A stretch of 64,000 nt of DNA from the NCBI RefSeq assembly GCF_009936135.1, contig NZ_CP047901.1, positions 631,927 through 695,926 of the forward strand, in the 5' to 3' direction. This stretch comes from Candidatus Chazhemtobacterium aquaticus (GTDB lineage Bacteria; Patescibacteriota; Microgenomatia; UBA1400; Chazhemtobacteraceae). Under the pieces are notes generated by a model. The model saw only the letters and a list, made by a program, of their open reading frames with translations. It was not told the origin of the DNA and ran no database searches. Of this stretch, positions 38,852 to 52,136 are shown one piece after another (the stretch's first letter is position 1; each line of letters starts with the position of its first letter). Made by a program: the position numbers and the translations under genes.

Positions 38852-40660
38852 TTAAGTTCTTGAAACCCTTAATACTTCATCAATAGTAGTCGATCCATCC
38901 AATGCTTTCATATAACCATCCTGAGTCATTAAAATCATCCCTTCGACCACTGCTTGTTTCTCGATATCCGAAGAGGTTGCTCTCTGCATGATTAATTGTC
39001 CAATCTTTGTAGTGATTGGCATTACCTCAAAAATACCAATTCTTCCTTTGTACCCACTCCCGCCACAAACCTTACAACTATCACCCTGTCCACGGCTTAA
39101 CAACAACTCAACATTCTTCTCAGCCGCTTTCGCCACCATCTCAGGGTGCGACTGCCGCCATGCTTCGTACAAAGGACCCAACACTCTCTTGATATCCTCA
39201 ACCACCTCAGGCTCTGGCACATAATCCACCCGACAAGCACTGCAGTTCTGCCTTACCACCCTCTGAGCCACCACTGCCGTAATTGAGCTAGCCAATAGAT
39301 ATGGCTCCGCTTTCATATCCAATAACCTAGGCAAAGCACCAGCTGCATCATTAGTGTGCAAGGTCGCATAAACCATATGTCCCGTCAACGAAGCCTGAAT
39401 AGCCAGATCTGCTGTTTCCTCATCACGAATCTCACCCACCATGATAATGTTAGGATCTTGCCTCAAAAAGCTTCGCAGCCCAGAGGCAAAAGTTAAACCT
39501 GCCCCAGGATTCACCTGAACTTGATTGACCCCTTCAATCTGATACTCTACCGGATCCTCAAGCGTCACCACGTTCACTTTAGTTGTACTTACTATCGACA
39601 AAATTGAATACAAAGTGGTCGTTTTACCTGAACCTGTCGGACCAGTAATCAAGATAATACCGTGAGGCATCCGCACCGCATCCTGCAAATTAGCCAGGGC
39701 CTTACCTCTTAATCCCAGTTCCGGCAAAGTCAAAGCCTGACCAGTTTTTTTAAGCAACCTCATCACGATTTTTTCACCATTTACTGTAGGCAAGGAAGAC
39801 ACACGCAAGTCCACCTCTTCCTCACCCATCACATAATTAAACCGACCATCCTGGGGCAATCTTTTCTCATCAATCTTCATACCCGCCAAGATCTTGATTC
39901 TTGAGATCACCGCGTCATGAACTGACTTCGGCAACACCAACTTTTCTTGTAAAATTCCATCAATTCTGTATCTGATCCTCGTCCGATTCACCTGTGGTTC
40001 AATGTGCACGTCGCTGGCTCTAGCTTTGATAGCAAACTCCAACACTGTACTTACAATCTTGGCGATCGGTGCTTCCTTGATCAACTCACCTAAATTCTTA
40101 GCATCAACCGTCGTTACTCCAGTCTGTGTCACTCCACCCTCTTCGAGAGCCTGGGTCACTTCTCCCGACAAACTCTCTGTGTATCGCTGTTCAATCGCCG
40201 CCTTCAAATCCGCTGCCACAGCCATAAACGGCTGTATCTTCATCCCAGACTTAGCCTGCACAAAATCAGTTACAGTCAAATCAGCTGGATTAGCCATCGC
40301 CACCGACAATATTCCTTCTGCTTTATCAAGCGCAAAAGGCAACACCTGATACCGTTTTGCCACCGACTCTGGAATCAACCCCAACGCCTCAGGAGAAGCG
40401 CCTAAGTTTGATACATCCACAAAACCAACACCCATCACCTCAGCACGGGCCTTGACCACTGCCTTCTCAGTCGCATAGTTATGCTCCAAAATCAACTGAT
40501 CCGCCTTCTTACCCTTGTTGACCACCTCCAACCTTACCTTATCAAACTGTTCCTGAGTAATCTCACCTCTAGCCAGTAAAATTTCCTCCACACTCGACAA
40601 ACCAGCAGTTACTGGCGCACCACTCAACGTGTTATTAGTACCCGGGGCAGGCATATTCAT
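38852..40660 (-). CDS. pilB: Pilus extension ATPase PilB
   Basis: ASDVHIEP, RLPQDGR, GPTGSGKTT, LRQDP, Zn-binding CxxC pairs. Confidence 0.94.
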   Translation of the reverse strand: MNMPAPGTNNTLSGAPVTAGLSSVEEILLARGEITQEQFDKVRLEVVNKGKKADQLILEHNYATEKAVVKARAEVMGVGFVDVSNLGASPEALGLIPESVAKRYQVLPFALDKAEGILSVAMANPADLTVTDFVQAKSGMKIQPFMAVAADLKAAIEQRYTESLSGEVTQALEEGGVTQTGVTTVDAKNLGELIKEAPIAKIVSTVLEFAIKARASDVHIEPQVNRTRIRYRIDGILQEKLVLPKSVHDAVISRIKILAGMKIDEKRLPQDGRFNYVMGEEEVDLRVSSLPTVNGEKIVMRLLKKTGQALTLPELGLRGKALANLQDAVRMPHGIILITGPTGSGKTTTLYSILSIVSTTKVNVVTLEDPVEYQIEGVNQVQVNPGAGLTFASGLRSFLRQDPNIIMVGEIRDEETADLAIQASLTGHMVYATLHTNDAAGALPRLLDMKAEPYLLASSITAVVAQRVVRQNCSACRVDYVPEPEVVEDIKRVLGPLYEAWRQSHPEMVAKAAEKNVELLLSRGQGDSCKVCGGSGYKGRIGIFEVMPITTKIGQLIMQRATSSDIEKQAVVEGMILMTQDGYMKALDGSTTIDEVLRVSRT

Positions 40661-40742
40661 AATTTACTTTAGTTTAACAACCTTACCAATCAAAGTATAG
40701 TTTGACACTCTCCATCTCTGGTTATCTGGTTATAATGACTCC

Positions 40743-41390
40743 ATGAGTACTCTTAGTACCTTAATCACCGGCGGTAATCACAAAAAAAGATTAAACAAGA
40801 TTGAGTCTTTTCAGCAAAACTTACCCTTACCACCACAAGTCATTGATGGTCACCAACAGCCCATCACCATCAAAACCATTCGCCAGTTCCAAAAAGACAT
40901 CAATTTATCGACAGAATTAAATCAACTTCAACGCCATTTTATTTTGGAAGCTCAAAATCTCACCTTACCTGCCCAACACGCCCTCTTAAAAACCCTTGAA
41001 GAGCCACCTCCCCGTACTCAAATCATTCTCACTGCCGACCAACCAAGTTCCTTACTTGATACTATTCTTTCCCGCTGCCATCACCTTCCCTTAAACTCAC
41101 ATAAATCAACCCACACCAAGTTAGCCAAAGACTTGCTTAAGAATATAACTAGTAACAACTATGCTCAATTAATTAGTTTGGCAGCCAAAACAGACGCCAA
41201 AACTGCCCAAAAACAGCTTCATTCTCTACTTTTGTTCTTAAAACAAAATCTTCATTCCAAACCAACCAAAGCCCGTCTAGTTGCCATCAAATCCACCACC
41301 CAGGCTCTTGGTAACCTCAAAACCAACATTAATAAACAATTAACCCTAGAACATCTCTATTTTACCCTCAAGCGATTGTCTCATCGTTGA
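40743..41390 (+). CDS. DNA polymerase III delta-prime-like subunit
   Basis: AQHALLKTLEEPP and TILSRC clamp-loader motifs. Confidence 0.75.
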   Translation: MSTLSTLITGGNHKKRLNKIESFQQNLPLPPQVIDGHQQPITIKTIRQFQKDINLSTELNQLQRHFILEAQNLTLPAQHALLKTLEEPPPRTQIILTADQPSSLLDTILSRCHHLPLNSHKSTHTKLAKDLLKNITSNNYAQLISLAAKTDAKTAQKQLHSLLLFLKQNLHSKPTKARLVAIKSTTQALGNLKTNINKQLTLEHLYFTLKRLSHR

Positions 41391-41395
41391 ATTAG

Positions 41396-43441
<2,046 letters not shown>

Positions 43442-43459
43442 AAATTAGACTTTAATTAA

Positions 43460-44404
43460 ATGAAGCACTACATCATTGGTCACCAAAAACCCGATCTCGA
43501 CTCAGTCGTCGCCGCCATCTCTTTAGCTGACTTTTTCAAGCAAATTGGCGATCCCACCGGAACTCCAGTCATCGCTGACCCCATCAATCCAGAGACCGAG
43601 TATGTCCTTAACAAATTTAATCAAACACCACCACCAATCATTAGTGCCAAAGATATCAAACAAGAAGATCAAATCCTTTTAGTAGACCATAATGAAGAAG
43701 ACCAAAGACTACCTGGAATCGATCCAGATCAAATCTCAGGTGTCATCGACCATCACAAGCTTAACCTAAATCTAAACCAACCCATCTCGGTCACTACCAA
43801 GCCCTGGGGATCAACCAATACCATCATCTATTACAAATTTACTCGCTACAATCTTTCCATCTCTCCAACCTTGGCTGCACTCATGCTCTCAGCAATCCTC
43901 TCCGACACCGTTGGCCTAAAGTCTGCTACTACCACCAATAAAGACAGACATGCTGCCCGGAAATTAGCCAAGCTGGCAAACATTGAAAATCTAGACTCCC
44001 TCACCCTAGAAATTTTTAAAGCCAAATCAAACTTAGATAGTCTTGACGCCATATCTATTGTTAAAAATGACTACAAGGTGTTTGATTTCGCCAAACGAAC
44101 TTTCATCGGCCAAATTGAAACCGTTGAACAACAAGAACTAATCTCCAAAAGGTTACCTGAGTTACTTGCCGCCCTTAAACAAGTCAAACAAGAGCAACAT
44201 GTTGACCTTGCATTTCTTGCCATCAGCGATATCTTAAACGCCAACACCAAACTACTCTTGGCTTCAGACGAAGAGAATAATGTTGCCCAATCAGCCTTTT
44301 CCTCATCTGTAGACAACAACCTTATAGACATCGGTCCCAAACTATCTCGCAAGAAAGAAATTGCCCCCGCCATCGAAAAGGCGCTAGACAACACCAATAA
44401 ATAA
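43460..44404 (+). CDS. ppaC: Family II Mn-dependent inorganic pyrophosphatase
   Basis: GHQKPDLDS, LVDHNE, IDHH, ILSDT, SRKK. Confidence 0.92.
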   Translation: MKHYIIGHQKPDLDSVVAAISLADFFKQIGDPTGTPVIADPINPETEYVLNKFNQTPPPIISAKDIKQEDQILLVDHNEEDQRLPGIDPDQISGVIDHHKLNLNLNQPISVTTKPWGSTNTIIYYKFTRYNLSISPTLAALMLSAILSDTVGLKSATTTNKDRHAARKLAKLANIENLDSLTLEIFKAKSNLDSLDAISIVKNDYKVFDFAKRTFIGQIETVEQQELISKRLPELLAALKQVKQEQHVDLAFLAISDILNANTKLLLASDEENNVAQSAFSSSVDNNLIDIGPKLSRKKEIAPAIEKALDNTNK

Positions 44405-44420
44405 CTAAATTACCATCAAT

Positions 44421-47063
44421 ATGGCCAAAGAAAACCAAGATATCAGATCAAATCTTCCCCCAATAACTAACGGTGACCAAATCGATACCATCACCCAAAC
44501 TGAGTATGGTCAGATCAAAACTGTTGGCTTAGTCAAAGAAGTTGAACAAGCGTACGTCGACTATGCCATGAGTGTTATCGTCTCCCGCGCCCTCCCAGAT
44601 GTTCGAGATGGCCTAAAGCCAGTTCACCGCCGCATTCTTTATGCCATGCACGACGCTGGTATTTCTCACAAAAGTCCATACAAAAAATCTGCCCGCGTTG
44701 TCGGTGAGGTCTTAGGTAAGTTCCACCCCCATGGTGACTCCTCAGTTTACGATGCCATGGTTAGGCTCGCTCAAGACTTTTCCATGCGCTATCCATTAGT
44801 CGACGGTCAAGGAAACTTTGGCTCTATCGATGGTGACCCTCCAGCCCAGATGCGTTACACCGAGGCTCGTCTTACCAAAATCTCTCAAGAGTTACTTAAG
44901 GATATTGAAAAAGAAACTGTTCCCTTCGCCGACAACTTCGATGCCTCACAGCAAGAGCCCACTGTCATGCCAGCCTTACTTCCAAATCTTTTGCTAATGG
45001 GCGCTGATGGTATTGCCGTCGGCATGGCCACCAAGATTCCTCCCCATAACCTTAAAGAAGTGGCCGCTGCCATCACCTCCTTAATCAAAAAAGGCAAATC
45101 TCCCATCTCACAGCAAACCCAAAAACAACTTAACAACCCGGAAACTGATGATGCCCGCCTCTTGATTGGCGATTTCGAGTCCGAAGCCACTATCGACGAT
45201 CTACTAGAACACATTAAAGGACCTGACTTTCCCACTGGGGGCGAAATCTTTGACATCAATGCCATCAGAGAGGTATATACCACCGGTCGAGGCCGCATCA
45301 TCATTCGCGCCGTTGCCCAAATTGTTGAAAAAAAGAATCACTACGCCATCCAAGTTACCGAACTACCATTCCAGGTTAATAAAGCGAACTTAATCGCCAA
45401 GATAGCTGACCTTGTCCGCAAAAAGAAAATTGATGGTATCTCAGACATTCGCGACGAATCCGATCGAAGAGGCTTAACCATAGCTATTGAGTTGAAGAAA
45501 GACGCCGTTCCTAAAAAGGTCTTAAACAATCTCTACAAACAAACCGAACTACAAACCTCCTTCCCCGCCAATTTTGTTGCTTTAGCCAGCGACATGCACC
45601 CCCGGTTAATGACTCTTAAGCAGATTCTTAATGAATATGTCCAACATCGCCAACTCGTCATCGTTCGCCGCTCCCAGTACGAACTAAGATCAGCCAGGGC
45701 TAGAGCCCACATTCTTGAAGGACTTCTTAAAGCTCTTGACCATATTGACGAAATCATCCAGACCATCAAGAAAAGCCCTGACTCAGAAACAGCCAAGACC
45801 AACCTTATGGACAAATTTGGCTTCACCGAAATCCAAGCCCAAGCCATTCTCGACATGCAGCTTCGCAAACTAGCTGCCCTCGAACGCCAAAAGATTCAAG
45901 ATGAATATGACGAGCTCATGAAACGAATTGACACCCTCCTTAAACTCATCACCAACACTGGAAATATCTTAAACACCATTATCAGCGAGCTAAACGAATT
46001 AGTCACCACCTATGGCGATGACCGAAGAACCATTGTTCACAAGAACGCTGTCGACGAATTTAGCGATGAAGACTTAATTGCCAAGGAAGAAACCATCGTT
46101 ACACTAACCAAAACTGGTTACATCAAGCGCATGCCCCCCGCTACCTTCAGAAGCCAACGTCGTGGTGGTAAAGGTGTCGCTGGTATGACCAAAAAAGAAG
46201 AAGACGAGATGCACCTGCTGTTAGCCGCCAGTACTCACGACCACCTGCTTGTTTTCACCAACAAAGGTCAGGTTCACTTACTCCGTGTCTGGGATGTTCC
46301 CGAAGGCAGCCGTACCTCAAAAGGACAAGCTGTTGTTAATCTAATTAACATCAATCCGGAGGAAAAAATCCAAGCTATTCTAGCCGTTCCTGAAAAAATC
46401 GAAGATCTAGGCGACCAGTTCTTCTTCTTCACCACTCGCTCAGGACTGGTCAAACGCACCTCAATCAAACAGTTCAAAAACATCAAAAGCAACGGTCTTA
46501 TAGCCATTAGCCTAAAAAACAATGATGAGTTAGTCTGGGTTAAACAAACCCTAGGCTCCGACCATATTCTTTTAGTCACCAAGCACGGCAAATCCATCCG
46601 CTTCCCAGAAACTGACGTTAGACCCACAGGTCGAGACACCATGGGAGTTCGCGGTATTACTCTCCACCAAGATGACTATGTTCTTGGTATGGAAACCTTT
46701 GCCCCCACCTTCACTCCTCCTCAAGACAAGCGCCGCAAATACTTCAGAGACTTGCTCATCGTCACCAGCCATGGCATTGGTAAACGTACTCCACTTGAGG
46801 AATACCCAACCCAGAAACGTGGCGGCCAAGGGGTCAAAGTCGCTACTCTTAACAACAAAACTGGTGACATAGCCGGAGCTATGATGGTCACCCAGACTGC
46901 CGAGTATCTCATCATTACGACCAAGGAGGCCCAGGCCATCAAGTTACCTATCAAAAACATCCCTCAACTTAAACGGCCTACTCAGGGCGTGATCTTAATG
47001 CGCCCCAAATCAGGCGATGCCGTGGCCGCTACCACTATCATCGACCAAACGACCACCGAGTAG
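44421..47063 (+). CDS. gyrA: DNA gyrase subunit A
   Basis: [18 protein letters not shown], catalytic MRYTE, GyrA-box QRRGGKG. Confidence 0.96.
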   Translation: MAKENQDIRSNLPPITNGDQIDTITQTEYGQIKTVGLVKEVEQAYVDYAMSVIVSRALPDVRDGLKPVHRRILYAMHDAGISHKSPYKKSARVVGEVLGKFHPHGDSSVYDAMVRLAQDFSMRYPLVDGQGNFGSIDGDPPAQMRYTEARLTKISQELLKDIEKETVPFADNFDASQQEPTVMPALLPNLLLMGADGIAVGMATKIPPHNLKEVAAAITSLIKKGKSPISQQTQKQLNNPETDDARLLIGDFESEATIDDLLEHIKGPDFPTGGEIFDINAIREVYTTGRGRIIIRAVAQIVEKKNHYAIQVTELPFQVNKANLIAKIADLVRKKKIDGISDIRDESDRRGLTIAIELKKDAVPKKVLNNLYKQTELQTSFPANFVALASDMHPRLMTLKQILNEYVQHRQLVIVRRSQYELRSARARAHILEGLLKALDHIDEIIQTIKKSPDSETAKTNLMDKFGFTEIQAQAILDMQLRKLAALERQKIQDEYDELMKRIDTLLKLITNTGNILNTIISELNELVTTYGDDRRTIVHKNAVDEFSDEDLIAKEETIVTLTKTGYIKRMPPATFRSQRRGGKGVAGMTKKEEDEMHLLLAASTHDHLLVFTNKGQVHLLRVWDVPEGSRTSKGQAVVNLININPEEKIQAILAVPEKIEDLGDQFFFFTTRSGLVKRTSIKQFKNIKSNGLIAISLKNNDELVWVKQTLGSDHILLVTKHGKSIRFPETDVRPTGRDTMGVRGITLHQDDYVLGMETFAPTFTPPQDKRRKYFRDLLIVTSHGIGKRTPLEEYPTQKRGGQGVKVATLNNKTGDIAGAMMVTQTAEYLIITTKEAQAIKLPIKNIPQLKRPTQGVILMRPKSGDAVAATTIIDQTTTE

Positions 47064-47124
47064 TAACCTGGTTTACTCCTGATTTTTAGTACAACTGATA
47101 AGCGGAACTAAAACCCTATAATAT

Positions 47125-48087
47125 ATGATTACCATCAAAACTCTTAAAGCCGGAACCTATATTACCGACCATCCATTCGCCATCACTAATGTCACTCAAA
47201 AAACCACCAAAAACAACACCCCATATCTTCAAGTCACCCTAAGCGACCCAACTGGTCAACTAGAAGCCAAAGTCTGGAACGATGCCTTTGATGATGTTAC
47301 TCTTGAAGTTGGCAAAATTGCCCTTGTCACCGGTCGAGTAGGGGAGTACCAGGGCAAAATCGACCTCAATATCCAAAAAGCCAGCATCGACTCTTCATTA
47401 AACTTCACCGACCATCTCTCCACCATTCCCACCATGATCTTCGACATCGAAACAGTCGGCAAGCCTTTTGATGAACTAGAGGCCTGGGACCAAGACTATT
47501 TTCTAAACCGCATCGAGGGCCAAACTGATGAGGAGGAAGCCAAAACCAAAACCGGCCTGTATTCCCTCTATGGGTTTGTTCAGGCTATTGGCCTGATCAA
47601 TCAAGAGGGTAGGGGAGAGGTCCTTGCCTTAACTGACCAAAAACTCAAAAACTCCAATCCCAGCTTTACCTACTCAACCTTTGCCAATGAAAAAGACTTA
47701 CTTACCAAATTCTGGGGCCTTACCCAAGAATATCAGCGCTTCGTCACCTACAACGGTAGGGGATTCGACTGGCCTTTTTTAATCATTCGCTCAGGTATTA
47801 ACCGCGTCAAAGTCCCCATGGAAATCGACCACTACAATAAGCATAAATTCATTGATTTAGCTGACCATCTTCGCCAAGGAGGTAGACAATTTAAACTAGA
47901 AGCCTTTTGCCGAGCCTTTGGCATCACTAATCCTAAGGAAAAAGGTGTCTCGGGTTTACTGGTCAGCCAACTCTATTACGAAAAAAACCATCAAGCCATC
48001 GCTGACTATGTTTCCCGCGACGTTATCTCCACCAAAGAACTCTACGATATCTGGCATCAATATCTCTCCGGTCATCTAAATTTTTAA
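47125..48087 (+). CDS. OB-fold fused to a PolB-like DEDD 3'-5' exonuclease
   Basis: N-terminal YLQVTLSDPTGQLEAKVW OB domain; FDIET, YNGRGFDWP, YVSRDV exonuclease motifs. Confidence 0.8.
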   Translation: MITIKTLKAGTYITDHPFAITNVTQKTTKNNTPYLQVTLSDPTGQLEAKVWNDAFDDVTLEVGKIALVTGRVGEYQGKIDLNIQKASIDSSLNFTDHLSTIPTMIFDIETVGKPFDELEAWDQDYFLNRIEGQTDEEEAKTKTGLYSLYGFVQAIGLINQEGRGEVLALTDQKLKNSNPSFTYSTFANEKDLLTKFWGLTQEYQRFVTYNGRGFDWPFLIIRSGINRVKVPMEIDHYNKHKFIDLADHLRQGGRQFKLEAFCRAFGITNPKEKGVSGLLVSQLYYEKNHQAIADYVSRDVISTKELYDIWHQYLSGHLNF

Positions 48088-48106
48088 CAAATATCTTCTC
48101 TACTCA

Positions 48107-49414
48107 ATGAGCGACACAGTTAGCATCATCGGGGGTAAACCTTTAATCGGCACCGTCACCCCCATACCCAACAAAAATAGCCTCATACCAGCCCTCCCAG
48201 CTGCTCTTCTAACCGACCAGCCAGTTGTCTACCATCATGTTCCCGCCACCAGTGACGTTGAAAAAATCCTTGAGATCCTCAAGCTTCTAGGTGTAAAAGT
48301 CACCCGCCAACTAGACACAGTTACACTACAAGCCAAAAACTTAAAAACCCACAAGGTTGACCGCCAGCTAGGTGAGCAATTTCGTGGATCGCTCATGTTT
48401 GCCGGCCCCTTGCTTGCCCGTTTGGGCAAAGCTCAGATTCCACTTCCTGGTGGCTGTCTGCTTGGTTTCCGTTCCATCACCACTCACCTTGATGCCTTTA
48501 AAGCAGCTGGAGTCAAGATCAAACTAGCCGACAATCATGTCATCCTAACTGCACCCAAAAAACCATCCCCCCATTTACGTATCTGGCAAATGGAAGCCAG
48601 TGTTACCGCTACTGAAAATCTCTTAATGTATCTCTCAGGTCTATCTACTCAAACAGAACTTATTGAGGCTGCCTGCGAACCACATGTAACCGATCTTGAA
48701 AATCTACTTGTTAACATGGGTGCCAAAATCCAAGGAATCGGCTCAAATCGTCTTGTTATCAAAGGCTCACCCAAACTAAATGGAGCCCAGTTCACTCCCA
48801 GTCCTGACTTTGTTGATATTGCTGGATACATGGTAGCTGCAGGTATAACCGACGGACGCATTACCATCAAAAACGCCAACCTGCCTGATATCGTCGACGG
48901 ACTCATCCGTTGGATGTCTGCCTTTGGCATCAAAGTTACCCGCCAAAACAAGGATCTTGTTGTCTCGCTTAACAAACATGGTTTGGCTCTTGACCCAGAA
49001 TCCAACCTACCCTTATCAGCCCCCCAACTACCCAAATTAAGCCCCAGGCCCTGGCCAGGCTTTCCTGTTGATGTCATCCCTGTTATGGCCACTTTAGCCA
49101 GCAAAACTAAAGGGCGTCTACTTCTTCAAAACTGGATGTATGAAAATGGTTTTGAGTTCGTCAGAGAACTAAATAGCCTTGGTGCCGACATCTTTATCAG
49201 CGACCCCCAACGACTTATCATCACCGGACCAGTTACCTTCAAAGGTGGGGAGGTCAGTCCTCCCTCAGTCATCCAAGCCACCAAGGCTATCTTTCTAGCT
49301 GCTCTAGCCGATCCTGTCACCACTACCATTCACGGAGTAGACATACTTCGCCGGCGCTATCCTGATATATTCTCAGTTTACCGTCAGCTTGGTGCATCAA
49401 TCACTACAGTCTAA
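48107..49414 (+). CDS. murA: UDP-N-acetylglucosamine 1-carboxyvinyltransferase
   Basis: KNS, LPGGC..G.R, SVTATEN, EPHV.DL, PWPGFP.D. Confidence 0.92.
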   Translation: MSDTVSIIGGKPLIGTVTPIPNKNSLIPALPAALLTDQPVVYHHVPATSDVEKILEILKLLGVKVTRQLDTVTLQAKNLKTHKVDRQLGEQFRGSLMFAGPLLARLGKAQIPLPGGCLLGFRSITTHLDAFKAAGVKIKLADNHVILTAPKKPSPHLRIWQMEASVTATENLLMYLSGLSTQTELIEAACEPHVTDLENLLVNMGAKIQGIGSNRLVIKGSPKLNGAQFTPSPDFVDIAGYMVAAGITDGRITIKNANLPDIVDGLIRWMSAFGIKVTRQNKDLVVSLNKHGLALDPESNLPLSAPQLPKLSPRPWPGFPVDVIPVMATLASKTKGRLLLQNWMYENGFEFVRELNSLGADIFISDPQRLIITGPVTFKGGEVSPPSVIQATKAIFLAALADPVTTTIHGVDILRRRYPDIFSVYRQLGASITTV

Positions 49415-49439
49415 GATTCTTTCATTCAAACCATTTTCC

Positions 49440-50393
49440 CTACTTCAAAAAGCGTTCGTGCACCTTGCGCAGTTGTGGATTAGTCACATGGGTATATACC
49501 TGAGTCGTGCTTACATTCTTGTGTCCCAACATCTCCTGAACCGAACGCAAATCTGCTCCGTTTTGCAGCAAGGTTGTCGCAAAAGAGTGCCTAACCACAT
49601 GAGGGCTTACTTTAATCGGTAACTTTGCCGACCTTCGATACTTCTCAACAATTCTCTGTATAGTCCTAACCGATAACCTCATCTGTTCACCAGCAGTCGC
49701 TGGATCCGCCTTAGTTCCCGAATACCGAATCCACACCGGCCGCCAATGATCGTCTCTAGCCACTAAAAATCTCTCTAACCACTTAGCTGCTCGTTCACTT
49801 AAAAAAACCACTCTTACTCTTCTTCCTTTACCCACCACCCCAAACTCTCGACTCTTAATATCAATATCCTCTCTATTTAATTTAGCCAGTTCACTAACCC
49901 GCAAACCAGTTGAAAACAACACCTCCAGTATCGCCTTATCTCGCAATCCTTCAGGCTCTGATGTCAGCGGCTGGTCAAGCAGTCTCTCAATCTGTTCACG
50001 GCTCAAAAACCTAATTCTTCGACCCTCAGCCTTAGGCAGCTCTACCTTCTCAGGAGACAAGCTCTTAATCCCTTTCTTACTTAAGTACTTTAAAAAAGCT
50101 CGTAGAGCAATTACGTGATAACTCTGCGTTGTTCTTGACAAGGTCTGGCCCTTCTCATCCTCATAACGACTCAACCACAATCGATAGCTTCTAACCATCT
50201 CAGCCGTTAAGCGATTAACATATTCCTGCTCGTATTTTTTTTCAAACCACTTCCTAAATCGAGTCAAGTAAAACCTATAGTTTCTTAACGTATATTTTGA
50301 GTAATTCCGTTCAACCTCAAGGTGGGCGATAAACCGATTAATTAATTTTTTTAATTCAAAATCTTCTTTTGTTTTCTTTGTCTGTTTCATCAC
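49440..50393 (-). CDS. XerC/XerD-family tyrosine recombinase
   Basis: SAM-like N-domain; catalytic R (TGLRVSEL), K (GKG), HxxR (HVVRHSF), H and Y (LGH...TTQVY). Confidence 0.92.
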   Translation of the reverse strand: MMKQTKKTKEDFELKKLINRFIAHLEVERNYSKYTLRNYRFYLTRFRKWFEKKYEQEYVNRLTAEMVRSYRLWLSRYEDEKGQTLSRTTQSYHVIALRAFLKYLSKKGIKSLSPEKVELPKAEGRRIRFLSREQIERLLDQPLTSEPEGLRDKAILEVLFSTGLRVSELAKLNREDIDIKSREFGVVGKGRRVRVVFLSERAAKWLERFLVARDDHWRPVWIRYSGTKADPATAGEQMRLSVRTIQRIVEKYRRSAKLPIKVSPHVVRHSFATTLLQNGADLRSVQEMLGHKNVSTTQVYTHVTNPQLRKVHERFLK

Positions 50394-50504
50394 TAGGGTA
50401 GGGGAGACCCTTGATAATTTCTAGCACACCTGTCGCCACAAATCAACAATGTGCGACACTATGCTTGGTTACAAACAGCAGCTTGAGGCATATAATCTTT
50501 ATTT

Positions 50505-51371
50505 ATGAAAACAAAACTACTAGGCTTCTACAAACTCACCCGTGTCAATGATTTTTTTGCCCAATCATTCGCCACTGTCAGCTTAATGACTACTTTTATT
50601 GAGGGGACCATCAACCCTTTTACCTTTACCCACCTTTTTTTAACAAATCTCTTTATCACTGCTTTTTCCTTCGCTATCAATGATCTTGAGGATGCACCCG
50701 ATGACGCTCTAGACCCCAAAAAACGCTTAAGAAACCCCATCAGCGCAAAACTAATCACCCGCTCTCAAGGTCTTGTTTTTACCACTCTTCTAGCTATTAT
50801 CTCAATTCTCCTAGTCTGGCCATTTGGCAAACTAGCCAGAATAATTGCACTGACCTGCCTCCTATTGGGCTTTCTATACTCATATAAATCAGTCAGGCTT
50901 AAATCCATGCCTATCATTGACCTAGTCTCCCACGGTCTCTTTTTAGGTACAGCCCAGATCCTCATTACCGCCATTGGCTTTGGCCTTGAACTAAATCCCA
51001 AGATCTACCTGGTAGCTCTAATCGCCTTTAGTTTCTCCGTTCTTTCCGATTTCTACAGCGAAATCAGAGACTACAAGGTCGATCGCCTTTCAAACATCAA
51101 CAATACTGCCTCCATCGTTAATGTCGACGGTATAAAAAACAAAACTCATTACTTCCATGTCATCCCCGCCATCCTTATTACCCTCCTCTTACTATCCAAT
51201 TTCTCAGGACAATTCCAAATCATCCTGCTAGGATTAGCCTTAATCTTCGCCTTTTTCTACCTTATTTCCTCTGAACAATTCAGGCACAAGATTGCCCACC
51301 AGTACTTCAAGGTCGTACTAGTAGCTACAGGCACCATTCTGATTGCAGTCCACAGCTTCCAATATTTCTAA
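50505..51371 (+). CDS. UbiA family prenyltransferase
   Basis: NDLEDAPDD...RNPI, YS...RLK, EIRDYKVD; multiple TM helices. Confidence 0.85.
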   Translation: MKTKLLGFYKLTRVNDFFAQSFATVSLMTTFIEGTINPFTFTHLFLTNLFITAFSFAINDLEDAPDDALDPKKRLRNPISAKLITRSQGLVFTTLLAIISILLVWPFGKLARIIALTCLLLGFLYSYKSVRLKSMPIIDLVSHGLFLGTAQILITAIGFGLELNPKIYLVALIAFSFSVLSDFYSEIRDYKVDRLSNINNTASIVNVDGIKNKTHYFHVIPAILITLLLLSNFSGQFQIILLGLALIFAFFYLISSEQFRHKIAHQYFKVVLVATGTILIAVHSFQYF

Positions 51372-51970
51372 TTTTTTATTTTCTAAGTCGTCAAAATTCT
51401 CCCTATCTTCAATAGGGGAGAGGGGAGTCTTCTGCCCATATTCCCTTTAAATATCCAATAAAGACTCAAAGGGTTATATATCCCATAATATATAAACGAT
51501 ATTTTTCGCCTATGTGGTTAAAGAAACAAGAAAATTAAAAACTAACTAATCATTTATCCACCATAAATTACATAAACAATCCTTACTTACCTAGTTTGCC
51601 TATCTATATCATTAATATCTAAGCGTTCACATTTCCAAATCATATCTATAGTCGAATAGGCTAGTCATGAAATTAAGAAGGATATGATCAAGACAACAGC
51701 CAACACTCCTTATCATCCGCACACAAACGACCTTAAAGCCACCACTACACTCGACAACCACACTCTGGCAATAAACAACACAACTCGTACAGTCCTAGCC
51801 TCAAAAAGCATGGCCTACATGCCTACGACCGCTTCTAATGCCTTCAGAAGGCTTTCCAGACACATGCAAGCTATCTCATTACCTCGAGAATACATTGATA
51901 TATAGGCATTTTAGGCAAAATGGCTTAATCAGATAATATCCAATTACTGATGTAAGAAAACTCAAAAATC

Positions 51971-52086
51971 CTTTCGGGTTTTTATTCAAAAAGGCGAACC
52001 AGGCACAAAGCCATAACTAGTGGCACAAAAACCGGGGAGTATAGTCATGCTTGTTAAGACCGAAAATCTTTCGGGTTTTTATTCAA
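51971..52086. repeat. 19-bp exact direct repeat CTTTCGGGTTTTTATTCAA
   Basis: Copies at 51971-51989 and 52068-52086. Confidence 0.9.
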
Positions 52087-52136
52087 TCCATCGTTGGGGA
52101 CTACTTGGCACTTCTCCACCACCTTTGCACCACACC

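Noticed and set aside
49440-50393. Integron or prophage integrase
   Set aside because: Plain XerC/D architecture without the IntI-specific insertion; no attC array or phage genes nearby
51960-52090. Mini CRISPR array
   Set aside because: Only two 19-bp copies 78 bp apart, and no cas genes in the window
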